Positions 19,292-30,042 of a stretch of 64,000 nucleotides of DNA are shown in pieces. The DNA lies in the IMG/VR virus record IMGVR_UViG_641509421_000001, positions 6,580 to 70,579 of that record. The stretch is one strand, 5' to 3'. The stretch comes from a virus. Lineage: Duplodnaviria; Caudoviricetes. The notes under the pieces are model-generated. The model did no database searches and was not told the origin of the DNA. It was given only the letters and a program-made list of their open reading frames with translations. The translations under genes and the position numbers were made by a program. How positions within the stretch are numbered: the first letter of the stretch is position 1; each line of letters begins with the position of its first letter.

Positions 19292-19633
19292 ATGGCTATC
19301 ACATCAAGACTTCTAGGATCAGTGGGAGCAGGAGAGGTGACCGAATCTTTCATCACCTTCAACGGAGTCTCAAGAGGAACGGACCAGATTGAGGCAAGCT
19401 GGGATGTTCCTTACGGAACCTACCTATTCGCCTGGGCCGGAGATAATTCAAGTGTCGCGTCGGACTCGAAGGTTTACATAAACCAGTTCGCCACTCCTCT
19501 CTCCAGTATCTCGGGAGAGTCACCTGGGAACGTCCATCTCCTAAGAGATATTACCAAGATCACCGCCAGCGGAGCGGGGACCAAAAGGTGGAAGTCTGAC
19601 ATCCCATGTGCATTCGTAAGAGTTGCAGCATAA
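19292..19633 (+). CDS. Tail-fibre-associated protein (paralog 2)
   Basis: SD AAGGAG; MAITSRLLGSVGAGE..YLFAWAG. Confidence 0.8.
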   Translation: MAITSRLLGSVGAGEVTESFITFNGVSRGTDQIEASWDVPYGTYLFAWAGDNSSVASDSKVYINQFATPLSSISGESPGNVHLLRDITKITASGAGTKRWKSDIPCAFVRVAA

Positions 19634-19634
19634 A

Positions 19635-19664
19635 TTGACAGCGCACTGGAAAGTGTGCTAAACT
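19635..19664 (+). promoter_or_regulatory. SigA-type promoter upstream of tail chaperones
   Basis: TTGACA-18-TAAACT with TG extension. Confidence 0.7.
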
Positions 19665-19701
19665 CTTCAGAGAAAGTTAAAAACAGAGAAAGGAGCCTTA
19701 C

Positions 19702-20040
19702 ATGGCACTTAATTTCGAGACTCTAGCGAAAGAGTCTGAACGTCGAACTAAGCGAGCTGGAGTAAACCGAGAGCCTTACGTCTACACCACGTCAGAAGGC
19801 CAGGAGGTTGTCTTCCAGTTCCCTAAGGCCGACGCTTTCCTTGCCCTCGGAAAGCTGGAGCGCCAGGATGACGTAGCATCTCAGTTTGAGATCCTCCTGA
19901 ACGGCAACCAGAAGGCGATTACCGCCCTCTACCGAGACTTCCGAGATCTTGACATCTCAGCACTAGCTGTGCTTCAGGAAGACATCTGGGAGTTCTGGGG
20001 CACTGACATCCATGCAGTACCGGGAAAATCCAAGGACTAA
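19702..20040 (+). CDS. Tail assembly chaperone (G)
   Basis: SD GAAAGGAG; ends PGKSKD over slippery GGGAAAA 20022-20028. Confidence 0.9.
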   Translation: MALNFETLAKESERRTKRAGVNREPYVYTTSEGQEVVFQFPKADAFLALGKLERQDDVASQFEILLNGNQKAITALYRDFRDLDISALAVLQEDIWEFWGTDIHAVPGKSKD

Positions 20041-20519
20041 TCGAGCTTTTTGACGCTTACGCAGCGGAGCTCCTCGCGGATTTCAGGACGTTCTGGGGGA
20101 TAGATGTTCTAGACTTCTTCGATGGAGCTCAAGGGTGGGTAATCTTCTACTCGTACTTCAACTCACTACCGAGCTATAGCAAAACCAAGGCTAAAATCTC
20201 CTCTGACCCAGAGATAGCTAAGGCGATGACAGCACATATTGACCCGGACAGCCTCCTCGATGAAGACGGGGAGGAGAAGGAGATCGAGATCCCCGTAGAG
20301 GGGTATGATGCCTATCTAGCCAAGCAGGATCAGGTTATCGAGGAGGTCAGGCTCCTCAGGGTGTCAATCCAAGGCATGTTCTCAGGCAAGAAGGGGGAGA
20401 AGATTAAATTCAACCCACAGCCTAGGCCAAAGACCGAAGCGGAGAAGCAACTAGAGAGACTGAAGAGTAAGGCTGGCGAGCGAGAGTCGAAGAACCTCAT
20501 GCGAGAAGCTGGATTTTAA
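19702..20519 (+). CDS. Tail assembly chaperone G-T via -1 frameshift
   Basis: -1 frame from 20022 is open (GKIQGLIELFDAYAAELLADF..) and continuous with ORF 20226-20519. Confidence 0.9.
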
Positions 20520-20534
20520 GTCGTGGTAAAATGG

Positions 20535-20566
20535 ACGGAGGCTGTCGTAACGACGGCCTCCGTTTT
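20535..20566 (+). terminator. Hairpin/terminator before tape measure gene
   Basis: ACGGAGGCTGTCG-TAA-CGACGGCCTCCGT then short T run. Confidence 0.65.
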
Positions 20567-20584
20567 ACTATGTAAGGAGAGAAT

Positions 20585-23500
20585 ATGGCATCAAGAGGTA
20601 AGAAAGTCGGTGAGGCGATTGTTAGAGTCGCCCCGGACGCAACTAACTTCCAGAGAGAACTCAGGAATCGGATCAAGGAGCTCGACAAGAGCAAGAAGCC
20701 GAAAATCAACATTCCGGTCGAAGCAGATGTTGAGCCAGCAGAGCGGGACCTAGAGCACCTAGCGAATATCGCAGATGTCCTAAACGGCACCCGAGTCACC
20801 ATCGAGGCTGTTCTCAAGACGGACAAGTTCGATAAGGACATGGAGAAGCTTGAGAGAAAGATTAGGGACCGAAAGTTCGAGTCGATAACAGAAGTCAAGC
20901 TTGACGAAGACTCCCTCAATAAGGCAAATCGCGACATGGACATTTTCCGAGAGGAAAATAACACGATGAATACTCACGTCTTCATCAAGACCGACCATGC
21001 CGAAAAGACGTTCGAGAAGTTCCGAGATCGCATGTCTAAGACAGTCATCTCTCCTGTCATTAGTCCACAAGCCTCTAACATGGGGGCTAATCAGCGTGCA
21101 ATGGAAACCCTTGGCCGTTCGATCGCGAAGACCGCAGGCCGACAGTGGACCGCAGTGTCCTTTGTGCCAGACCTTCTCTCCAAGATGAATGAGCAATTCG
21201 ACGCTGGCATCAACCAGATCTACACTCCGTACATCAGAATGGTATCTAAGGCGTACAAGGAAGTGACCAAGCCTTTCGTCAACTTCCGCACCATGCTCAG
21301 CGAGTCCAAGAGCCTCAACGACATGATGCAGAACATTCTCTGGACCACGATGGCTATTGGTAACCAGGGCAGCTGGAAGATGCACGAGCTAAATAAGTCA
21401 ATAAAGGCAATCTCAGAGAGCTCTGCGGAGATGCGGAAGTCGTTTGGCGAGATGATGCGCTCCATCAGAGGAATTAAAGCTCCTCCGATTTTCGGGAAGA
21501 TGTTTAGTAGGGCCAATAGAGATCTTCTGAAGTTCGAGACCTCATTCGTCAATACCATGAAGAGCCTTCCAGCGAGAGCTCACTTGGCGATAGCTCCTAT
21601 GGGAATGCTAATCCCAGACAGCCTAAAGAAGGGCCTGTCAGGAATGAGGGCCTCGCTCTTACCATACACAGCTCAAATTAACGGCATTTTCCGAGGAGTT
21701 CAGGGGGAGGTTCAGGCAACAGGGATCTTCTTCCGTAAGGTCGGAGATAGTATGGCCGGAACCATGAACTCCGTGAGAGATAAGCTCTCTCGCGCATGGT
21801 CAAGGATTGCTGACTACTCCAGAGGCGCAACTGAGCGCATGTCTGCCGGAATGAACCGCTTCTTCATTAACACTCAGCGTAGGCTGGGATCAATGGTGGA
21901 TGGGGCTCGTGGTGGCTTCGCTAGGTTTGGATCTAGCGCAAGAACCGCTTTCGGAAACCTTGGACTCGATCGAGTTGCAAGAACTACCAAGGCTATGTTC
22001 TCCGTTCTTGGCGGAGCAGTCGGAAAGGTCTTTGATAATCCTACGCTGCACAAGGGGATCAAGAGGGCTTTCGGCAGGATTGGAGACTACGCCAGCGGAG
22101 CCACGAGAGTTGCCATCGGAGCTTTCACTAAGCTCAGCGGTTTCCTCATGAAGAGTGTCCTCCCAGCAGTTATGGCTGTCGGCGCAGGAATCATGGCTAT
22201 GGCAGGACAGGCAGCCATCGGAGCAGTACTGACACTAGGCGGAGCCCTCATGTCTGTGGCTCAAGGCGCGATGCTTCTAGCCCCTGCCTTCCTTGCAGCC
22301 GGAGGAGTTTCCTTCGCAGCGCTGAAGTTCGGCCTGGAGGGTGTCGGAGATGCCGTAAAGAATGCCTTCGGAGCCGAGGACACAGCAGCGTTTGAGGAGT
22401 CCATCAAGGATATGGGACCAGAGGTTCAATCCATCGCCAGAGCATTCCGCGAGTTTAAGCCAGCTATGGATACTATGAAGGAAAACCTTCAGACCAACAT
22501 GCTTCAGGGCTTAGCTCCTGGAATTTCTAGAGCGATGACTAGCCTATTCCCAATCTTCTCTTCAGGTCTAGAGAGGATCGGCACTGAGTGGAATGGTGCC
22601 TTCTCTATGGCACTGGAGGAGCTCAGCTCCGATAGGGCCAGCGCAGGACTTTCCGCTGTGATGGAAGGAGCAGCAGAGATGGCTCGCGGAATGCAGCCAG
22701 TCATTGCTAACCTTCTTGGCGCAGCAGGAAGCTTGGCGGAACAGGGAGCTAAGTTCCTTGGCCCTCTAGGAGAGTACTTTGCAAGGGCCTCTAGCAACTT
22801 CCTGAACTGGGCTGAATCCCTCAAGGAGATTGACCAGGCGACAGGACTGTCTAAGTTCGACTCCATGATTGAGAATGCCCGAATTAACGCGGGATACCTC
22901 TCAGACATCTTCGGAGGACTTCTCGGAACCATCCGAAACCTCTTACAGGCAGCCGCAGTAAGTGGCGGAGGAATGCTGGCAGGCATGGCCTCTGGAATGC
23001 AGAAGCTAAATGAGATGACCAAGAAGGGCACAGAGGGCTACCAAGAGATCGTCGGCTTCATGGAGACGGCAACTCTCATGGGTAAGGCTCTCGTCGCTCT
23101 CCTAGAGCCAGCTCTCGGGATTGTCGTCACAATCGGAACCACTCTGGCTGGAATTGGCGCAGGAGGCTTCGCTGGAGTAAGGGAGGCCCTTTTAGGCATC
23201 GAAGCCGGACTTCAGCCCATCATGGCTATCTCCGTAGAGTTCGGAAAGAACATCGGAGAGGGCATTGCAGCCCTGAGTCCAGCACTAGAGGCCTTAGGCG
23301 GAGCTCTCGCTCCTGTCCTTCTCGGAATTAGTGAGGGAATCAAGCCAATCCTAGAGTCTCTAGGGGGTGCGCTCACGCCTATCTTCGAGACCATCGAAAA
23401 GTACGGCCCTGAGATCAGAACGATGTTCCAGACCGTAGGCGAGGCTATTGGGTCGATCGTTGACTCGGCAGGGCCAATTCTGGAAAGCTCTTTTGACATG

Positions 23501-26500
23501 ATCGGAAGGTTCCTTCCAGTCCTGACTCTTGTGTTCGGATACATTGGCAAGATCGGGTCCTCGCTGTTGGATGCACTTGCCCCTATCCTTCAGGGTCACG
23601 ATAACTTCCTGATCTCTCTGGCGGATCAGCTAATGGAAGTCGTCCAGATCATTGGTGACTTCTTAGTCGGAGCTATCAACGCGGTTGCTCCTCTGATCCC
23701 ACCTATTGTTAACTTCATCTTTAACCTACTAGAGTTCTTCACCCCTCTGCTTCCTATAATCACAAAGGCAGCGATCGGAATTGGAGTTGTAGTCGGAGTT
23801 GTCTTCGGTCTGTTTAAGGCCTTCAACTTCGTAACGACTGCGATTAAGGTTGTTCAGGTCGCATGGGGAATCCTGTCAGCGCTGTTCTCTCTAAGTCCTA
23901 TCGGCATGATTATTATCGCGGTTGCTGCGCTTGCAGCGGGACTCTGGGCTTTCTTCACGAAGACAGAGACCGGACGGCAGATGTGGGAGAAGTTCACTAC
24001 CGCTCTAAAGGACGGCTGGCAGAGCTTCTCTGACAAGATGAAGGAGCTTTGGGACTGGATCGTCACTTCCGTATGGGAGCCATTCATGGCAAAGATCCAA
24101 TCAGTGAAGGACTCCTTCTCTCAAAAGACCCAGGATATGAAAGATAGTTTCCAGAGTCTGAGAGATGGATTCGGATCTGTGTGGGACTGGATCAGGGACA
24201 ATATCTTCACTCCTTTCGGAGAGAAGGTCCATCAGCTCAAGGATAATATCGGAAGAGCAGTAGAGGGGATTAAGTCCGTATGGGACACCCTGAAGCAGAT
24301 CTTCTCTAATCCAATCACTTTCTTCGTGGATACGGTCTACGGAAAGGGAATCAGGCCCGTGTGGAACAAGATCATGTCATCAATTGGTCAAGATGACAAG
24401 ATGTTCCCTGAGATGACCATGCAGAGGTTCGCAACGGGTGGTTACGTCCGAGGACCAGGCGGTCCAACCGACGATAAGATCCCCGCTCTCCTGTCCGATA
24501 AGGAGTATGTCATCAACGCTAAGGCGGTGAAGGCTATCGGACTGGAGAACCTTCACGCGCTGAATACTGGAGGCCTGAAGGTTGCTCAGAGTGCCTTCAA
24601 GTCACCAAAGCAGCGAGAAGCGCTCATGCAGGATCGCACCTTCAAGTCGATCGCCTCTCGCTACGCAACAGGTGGTTTGGTTAAGGGTGACAAGGCATGG
24701 GAGCAGCTCAAGCGAGGCTGGGATTGGGCTAAGTCCCTATCTGGCCGACCTTACGTCCTCGGTGGCGACCCTGTTAACGGCGGAGGTACTGACTGTTCTG
24801 GTTACATGTCTTCGATCGCGGACAAGATCCAAGGCGGAGCAGGTCACAGGCAGTGGGCTACGATGGCCTTTAACGGCGGAGGAAACTCCCAGTACCCAAG
24901 TGGACCTCAGGGATTCGTGGCAGGTCTCGGACCAGGCTTCTCTATCGGCGTTACTAACGGTGGCGCAGCAGGTGGACACACCGCAGGTACGATGGGTCCT
25001 GGCGAGGACATGCCAGCAACTAACGTTGAATCTGGCGGTTCTCCTTCCCGGGTGAAGTTCGGAGCTGGAGCTGCTGGCGCAGATGACAGCTACTTCAGGA
25101 CTCACTACCATCTTCCAATGGATATCGACGGAGGCTTCGTCTCTGGCGGTGGCGGAGGAGGATTCTTCGATGTCGTCGGTTCCGCTCTTAGCCACGTCAC
25201 CGGACTCCTAACCGGAGCCTGGGACGGAATTAAGGGAGGCTTCGGGGAGCACTTCGGAAAGGCCGGTCAGTTCGGACAGGCAGCTCTTGGCATGGCGAAT
25301 ACCATGAAGGACGGAGCATGGGGCTACCTCAAGGAGCAGGCTAAGAAGCAGGCTTCGAGACTTCTCAGCTTCTTCGGCATAGGAGGCGGAGATGCTTCTA
25401 GTGTCGGTCTTGACGGAGTGAGCGGATCTGTTATGGAGCAGGTCAAGGAAGTCTTCTCTAGGCACGGATGGACAGGCCAGCAATGGGAGGACGCGAAGTG
25501 GATTATCGGTAAGGAGTCCTCATGGAATCCTACTGCCACTAACGCCTCTTCTGGAGCTTTCGGTCTCTTCCAGTTAAACCCTTCCTCAGGAACCCTTCAG
25601 GAGTTCCTACCAGACCGGAACCCAGATCCAGCTATCCAGGCTGATGCTGGTGCGAGGTACATTAAGAGGCGCTACAATGGCGATCCTTCTGAGGCAAGAA
25701 GGTTCTGGGAGCAGCACGGCTGGTACGACCAAGGCGGAGAAGGCCGAGGCAAGGGCACGATGCTCAAGAACGTCCTTGAGCCAGAGAGAGTTCTCTCTCC
25801 AGCTCAGACCAAGGCATTCAACGACTTCGTGTACGGCTTCATGCCAGAGCTTATTTCCCAGGCAAAGTCAGAGCCACTTAACTTCCGTAAGCTAGGAGGA
25901 ATGCTCCAGACAGAGATGGTAAAGGTTCAGCGACTTCTCGCAGAGGAGCGCGAGGTCAGGATCTCTGGAATGGCGAAGGCCGTACAGAAGAGATTCCTTG
26001 ACCAGATCAACGGAACCGAGCAGCTCAACCCGATTGACATGGATGGACTCCGTAGGATCGACCCAAGGGACCTTAAAGCTCTTCAGGATTGGGCTGGAGT
26101 TAACTCCGCTAATCTCACGAAGAACCTTACCGGAGCTATCGAGAACGTTTCTTCAGTTCTCTACGACCCGAAGGGTTACCTCGAAGCTGAAAAGCGAGCC
26201 AAGGAAGCTATCGACAAGGAAGCTGAAGAGGCTAAGGCTAAGGCTGACGAGGAAGTCAAGAAGGCCGAGGACGAGAAGAAGAAGGCTGAAGACGAGGCCA
26301 GCAAGGAAATCGAGAAGGCCGAGGACCAGGCAGCGACGACCGACGAGCAGAAGGAAGCTCTCAAGGTAGCTAGAGAAGAGCGGAAAGAGACTGAAGCTGA
26401 AGCTAAAAAGGCTCAGCAGGAAAAGGACTCTGAAGCTCAGAAGCTAGAAGACGAGAGAATCTCAAAGCTCAAGGAGTCTGGCGAGTACTACTACGGCTAC

Positions 26501-26968
26501 AAGGTATTCGGAGACGACGGATCTAACCCGAACAAGCGAGAGAAGTCCAATGAGCAATCCGTAGTGGAAAGCTCAATGAGCAACATCGCCGGAAGAGTCG
26601 GGATTGGTGGCCTGGTTGATAAGGTAATTTCCCGTGCAAGTATGGTAGAATCAATAGGTCAGGGAGTGCAGACCGCGCTTCCCGCATGGATGGCAGCAGC
26701 CAATGGTGATTTCTCTGGATTGAACCATAACGCAGCAGTCGCCGGAGCTATGGTTCTGGATAGTGCGGAGAAGGAGGCGAGAGACTTGATTCCAGTGATT
26801 GCTGGAGACGCATTCGAGGCTCTTGTGGCAAGCGGAACAAGAACTCCGACTTATGGAAGCTTTATCAACAATGTGTACACCGGAATGTCTAAGTCTGAGT
26901 TCAACTCGGCTATCGAGGAATACCAGGCGAAGGCAGCTCGAAAGGGAGGTGGCACAGCAAGGAAATAG
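20585..26968 (+). CDS. Tape measure protein with C-terminal peptidoglycan hydrolase domains
   Basis: 2127 aa after TAC; FATGG motifs, PYVLGG..DCSG..GHTA (NlpC/P60-like), KESSWNPTATNASSGAFGLFQ (lytic transglycosylase). Confidence 0.95.
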   Translation: MASRGKKVGEAIVRVAPDATNFQRELRNRIKELDKSKKPKINIPVEADVEPAERDLEHLANIADVLNGTRVTIEAVLKTDKFDKDMEKLERKIRDRKFESITEVKLDEDSLNKANRDMDIFREENNTMNTHVFIKTDHAEKTFEKFRDRMSKTVISPVISPQASNMGANQRAMETLGRSIAKTAGRQWTAVSFVPDLLSKMNEQFDAGINQIYTPYIRMVSKAYKEVTKPFVNFRTMLSESKSLNDMMQNILWTTMAIGNQGSWKMHELNKSIKAISESSAEMRKSFGEMMRSIRGIKAPPIFGKMFSRANRDLLKFETSFVNTMKSLPARAHLAIAPMGMLIPDSLKKGLSGMRASLLPYTAQINGIFRGVQGEVQATGIFFRKVGDSMAGTMNSVRDKLSRAWSRIADYSRGATERMSAGMNRFFINTQRRLGSMVDGARGGFARFGSSARTAFGNLGLDRVARTTKAMFSVLGGAVGKVFDNPTLHKGIKRAFGRIGDYASGATRVAIGAFTKLSGFLMKSVLPAVMAVGAGIMAMAGQAAIGAVLTLGGALMSVAQGAMLLAPAFLAAGGVSFAALKFGLEGVGDAVKNAFGAEDTAAFEESIKDMGPEVQSIARAFREFKPAMDTMKENLQTNMLQGLAPGISRAMTSLFPIFSSGLERIGTEWNGAFSMALEELSSDRASAGLSAVMEGAAEMARGMQPVIANLLGAAGSLAEQGAKFLGPLGEYFARASSNFLNWAESLKEIDQATGLSKFDSMIENARINAGYLSDIFGGLLGTIRNLLQAAAVSGGGMLAGMASGMQKLNEMTKKGTEGYQEIVGFMETATLMGKALVALLEPALGIVVTIGTTLAGIGAGGFAGVREALLGIEAGLQPIMAISVEFGKNIGEGIAALSPALEALGGALAPVLLGISEGIKPILESLGGALTPIFETIEKYGPEIRTMFQTVGEAIGSIVDSAGPILESSFDMIGRFLPVLTLVFGYIGKIGSSLLDALAPILQGHDNFLISLADQLMEVVQIIGDFLVGAINAVAPLIPPIVNFIFNLLEFFTPLLPIITKAAIGIGVVVGVVFGLFKAFNFVTTAIKVVQVAWGILSALFSLSPIGMIIIAVAALAAGLWAFFTKTETGRQMWEKFTTALKDGWQSFSDKMKELWDWIVTSVWEPFMAKIQSVKDSFSQKTQDMKDSFQSLRDGFGSVWDWIRDNIFTPFGEKVHQLKDNIGRAVEGIKSVWDTLKQIFSNPITFFVDTVYGKGIRPVWNKIMSSIGQDDKMFPEMTMQRFATGGYVRGPGGPTDDKIPALLSDKEYVINAKAVKAIGLENLHALNTGGLKVAQSAFKSPKQREALMQDRTFKSIASRYATGGLVKGDKAWEQLKRGWDWAKSLSGRPYVLGGDPVNGGGTDCSGYMSSIADKIQGGAGHRQWATMAFNGGGNSQYPSGPQGFVAGLGPGFSIGVTNGGAAGGHTAGTMGPGEDMPATNVESGGSPSRVKFGAGAAGADDSYFRTHYHLPMDIDGGFVSGGGGGGFFDVVGSALSHVTGLLTGAWDGIKGGFGEHFGKAGQFGQAALGMANTMKDGAWGYLKEQAKKQASRLLSFFGIGGGDASSVGLDGVSGSVMEQVKEVFSRHGWTGQQWEDAKWIIGKESSWNPTATNASSGAFGLFQLNPSSGTLQEFLPDRNPDPAIQADAGARYIKRRYNGDPSEARRFWEQHGWYDQGGEGRGKGTMLKNVLEPERVLSPAQTKAFNDFVYGFMPELISQAKSEPLNFRKLGGMLQTEMVKVQRLLAEEREVRISGMAKAVQKRFLDQINGTEQLNPIDMDGLRRIDPRDLKALQDWAGVNSANLTKNLTGAIENVSSVLYDPKGYLEAEKRAKEAIDKEAEEAKAKADEEVKKAEDEKKKAEDEASKEIEKAEDQAATTDEQKEALKVAREERKETEAEAKKAQQEKDSEAQKLEDERISKLKESGEYYYGYKVFGDDGSNPNKREKSNEQSVVESSMSNIAGRVGIGGLVDKVISRASMVESIGQGVQTALPAWMAAANGDFSGLNHNAAVAGAMVLDSAEKEARDLIPVIAGDAFEALVASGTRTPTYGSFINNVYTGMSKSEFNSAIEEYQAKAARKGGGTARK

Positions 26969-26976
26969 GAGGCAGG

Positions 26977-27879
26977 ATGGCATTATCAGGAGGGGACCTA
27001 ACATGGTTCGTCTATCAAGGTCCCCCAAGGAATAATGGGGAGGGGTGGTTCAATGGGGACCGCTTCTTCCTCTCTGGTCACCACCTGTATCAGGCAAGGG
27101 AGGGGGTGGAGTTAGCGACCGGAATTACCGGACTCGGAAGGGAAACCAACGAGGAGCGATACGACACCCCCGCTGACATCCCAGAGGCTAACTTTGTGGC
27201 CTCGGTGCCTACAAGAAGGACTTTGGGATGTTCAGTAAATATCCTGGGGAGTACCCCTAGGGAGACTAGAGAAAATTATCAGAGGTGGATCGACAACCAT
27301 CCTGACGGAGAGCCAGGCAAGCTGTGGATCTTCTCTTCAGGAGCGGAACCAAGATACCTCTACGCAAGGAGGTCTGCCGATGCAGGGGTCGGCACTATCG
27401 AGAAAGAGATCGGTCTCCTCAAGAGGATTGAAGGAATGGAATGGGGTTGGACCTCCAACTCCCCTTACTTCTACGGAATGAGGGCCTCTCACCCCCTCGA
27501 GAGGGTCGGAACTACCAACAAGCACCAAGCAACGTTCTGGAACCCATCTACGGTGAAGAGAGTATATCCAGTGGTGTATATTCCTGGCCCTGGAGTGTGG
27601 GAGCTAGACCTCGGAGGCAAGAGGGGTAAGTTTAGAACTCCGACCTTAGCAGCTAACGAAGAGGCCATGATCGACTTTGCGCCGAAGAATAACTCCTTCT
27701 TGAAGCGGAACAAGGACACCGGAGTTGTCACAAACCTCTGGCCTTCTATGGTTGGTGATAGGCCAAACGACTGGCTCTCTCCTCAGACCAAGAACACTTA
27801 TGAGGCAACCAAGATCTCAGGGACAGGAACGGCAACTCCTCGGATCGAGTTCACTCCTCTGTTTAGCTCATGGATTTAA
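26977..27879 (+). CDS. Minor tail protein (distal tail)
   Basis: Follows TMP; GVELATGITGL, YIPGPGVW. Confidence 0.8.
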   Translation: MALSGGDLTWFVYQGPPRNNGEGWFNGDRFFLSGHHLYQAREGVELATGITGLGRETNEERYDTPADIPEANFVASVPTRRTLGCSVNILGSTPRETRENYQRWIDNHPDGEPGKLWIFSSGAEPRYLYARRSADAGVGTIEKEIGLLKRIEGMEWGWTSNSPYFYGMRASHPLERVGTTNKHQATFWNPSTVKRVYPVVYIPGPGVWELDLGGKRGKFRTPTLAANEEAMIDFAPKNNSFLKRNKDTGVVTNLWPSMVGDRPNDWLSPQTKNTYEATKISGTGTATPRIEFTPLFSSWI

Positions 27880-27888
27880 GGAGGGGAA

Positions 27889-29517
27889 ATGAACATAGAT
27901 CCAGAATACTCTTTCTATAACTTTAGGTCAGAGCCTCAGAGAGAGGCATTAAATTACTCGGTCGAGATCGAAATTCGAGATGGCTGGGGAAACCTAGTCG
28001 GAGAAGTTACCGACTACACCTCATGCAACTTTGTCTTCAATGGAGATATTAAGGACGTAGAGGCATCGGGCTTCACCATTGCCGGAACCTCTCCTTGGGC
28101 AAGAACCATCATGCGCTCCAATAGGAAGCAGACGCTCGTTCACATCCTTCTACGCAGAGACGATAAGATCGTCAAGATCTGGACGGGAAGGGTGGAGAGA
28201 GCCTCTAGGAAGATGGAAGGGCCTCAAGGGTCAATTACCGTAGATCTGATCTCTGATAAGGCATGGTATGGCTTCATTCTGGCTCAGAACTCTCCTTTCA
28301 CTCAGCTGTGGATTCAGCAGAAGAAGGACATCCAGACCGGCACCGCGATCCATGTAATGAAGAAGTTCCTGGCAAGGAACCTCACAAGAATCGCGTACCA
28401 GTCAGAGGGCAGGATTATTGGAAACATCAATGCTGCTCTTAAGTCCGACTTCCTGGGAGACCAGACTAAGTGGCCGGGTCTTCAGTCCTGGATGTGGCCG
28501 GTAACTCTCGTTCCTAGCCTCCCGGCGACAGATAAGACTCCGTTCGTAGTTCTCCAGTCGAGAATGACAGATATGGCAACGCTGTTCTCTGAGGCCTGTA
28601 AGGACTACAATCTCTACCCCCGAGCTCACTTCCATGTTCCAGGAAGGGATACCGCACCTGCGAACCTGCCGATGTCAAGGGCCGGAGTGTGGCTAGACAT
28701 CGAGGATAAGGACAAGGCCAGGTCTAGAGGGGAGAAGCCAGACTTCTTCCAGCAGTTCACAAGAGAGACATTCATTTTCTTGAGAGGTCTATTCGGTAGG
28801 TACGATACCCCGAGGGAGCTGTCATCAGAGAGTATTGATGACCTTAAGACTTGGTTCGGTAGTCAGCCTGACGACCCCTGGGTTATCTTCAGGTACTCTC
28901 CACAACATTGGTCTAATATCGAGATTAACGCATACTCCCCTAAGGTGAGCCGATCGGTCTCGGGAGGCAAGTCCCCAGAGGCGGTGAACCAGGGAATCCA
29001 GTTCCTTATTAATAAAGGAATTCAGCTTCTCGGTGCCAGCGTTGGTCTTCCGCTACCAGATCTGCTAAGCGGAGAGCTTAATGACATCTTGTTCGCTTAC
29101 CGCGACGCGCAGGATAAGGAAATGAGAGATCAGCTCGGTCCATTTACGTTCTACGAGGAGATGTCAGGGGGAAGTGTAAGCGCTTACGGCATCGAGGCCT
29201 CTCAGGACCTCAGAAAGTCCCGAGGCGACGCGATGGGATACCGAACAGCCACCTTTACGGCAGACTCGGCAAGCTTCCCTCCGTTCTTGCCTTTTGAGGA
29301 CTTTGATATAATGGATCAAGTGGGTTTTGAAGATCCGTCAGAAGACGATATTCAGTTAGAAAGAGTCAAGCAAATCGAAGTCTCCGTAGGCAGAGATGGT
29401 GTGACCTTTGCGACATCACTCGGAGAGAGTGATCGACCAGAAGACCCGATCGCAATTCAACAAAGGCGGAACCAGTTACTCCTAGCAGGATTGCTGGCGG
29501 TAGCCAACGCAGACTAG
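27889..29517 (+). CDS. Minor tail protein (baseplate hub-like)
   Basis: IRDGWGNLVG, WTGRV, GGKSPEAVN, DFDIMDQVGF. Confidence 0.85.
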   Translation: MNIDPEYSFYNFRSEPQREALNYSVEIEIRDGWGNLVGEVTDYTSCNFVFNGDIKDVEASGFTIAGTSPWARTIMRSNRKQTLVHILLRRDDKIVKIWTGRVERASRKMEGPQGSITVDLISDKAWYGFILAQNSPFTQLWIQQKKDIQTGTAIHVMKKFLARNLTRIAYQSEGRIIGNINAALKSDFLGDQTKWPGLQSWMWPVTLVPSLPATDKTPFVVLQSRMTDMATLFSEACKDYNLYPRAHFHVPGRDTAPANLPMSRAGVWLDIEDKDKARSRGEKPDFFQQFTRETFIFLRGLFGRYDTPRELSSESIDDLKTWFGSQPDDPWVIFRYSPQHWSNIEINAYSPKVSRSVSGGKSPEAVNQGIQFLINKGIQLLGASVGLPLPDLLSGELNDILFAYRDAQDKEMRDQLGPFTFYEEMSGGSVSAYGIEASQDLRKSRGDAMGYRTATFTADSASFPPFLPFEDFDIMDQVGFEDPSEDDIQLERVKQIEVSVGRDGVTFATSLGESDRPEDPIAIQQRRNQLLLAGLLAVANAD

Positions 29518-29525
29518 GAGATAGT

Positions 29526-30041
29526 ATGGCAACATGGAATGATATTATCTTGAGGTTGCAGGTGTCAAGTGAATCTGACGCACTAGACTTCGAGAAGACA
29601 GGCAGAATGCCTATCATCGTAGAGGATGGACAGGCCAATCTTCCCCTCCCTAAGGGAGATAAGGGAGATAAGGGAGATCCAGGCCCTCGGGGAGGGAAGA
29701 TGGTCCCAGATCTCGTTCTAGACGAATCTACCGACTCGGCAGCTCTAGAGAAGCTAAAGCTAAGGAGCAGGGCCTGGGTTACCGCTGGCGAAGAGCGGAA
29801 CGAGTACTTCGCAATCAATAAGCAGACAAAGACCGGCTTCATGTTCACTCGTGGAGGTTGGGTAACTATCCGAGATATTTTCGGAGGATCTACGGAGGTA
29901 GTTCCAGCAGAGCTAACTTTGCCTCTCCTTATTAAGAACGGAGCTCCTCCAGGCAACCCTACGGATGGAGTGTACTTGTACGCAGAGGGGGGCCAGCTGA
30001 AGATGAAGAATCCAGCAGGCACCGTGAAGGTGTTGGGTTAA
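29526..30041 (+). CDS. Minor tail protein with short collagen-like repeat
   Basis: KGDKGDKGDPGPRG. Confidence 0.8.
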   Translation: MATWNDIILRLQVSSESDALDFEKTGRMPIIVEDGQANLPLPKGDKGDKGDPGPRGGKMVPDLVLDESTDSAALEKLKLRSRAWVTAGEERNEYFAINKQTKTGFMFTRGGWVTIRDIFGGSTEVVPAELTLPLLIKNGAPPGNPTDGVYLYAEGGQLKMKNPAGTVKVLG

Positions 30042-30042
30042 C

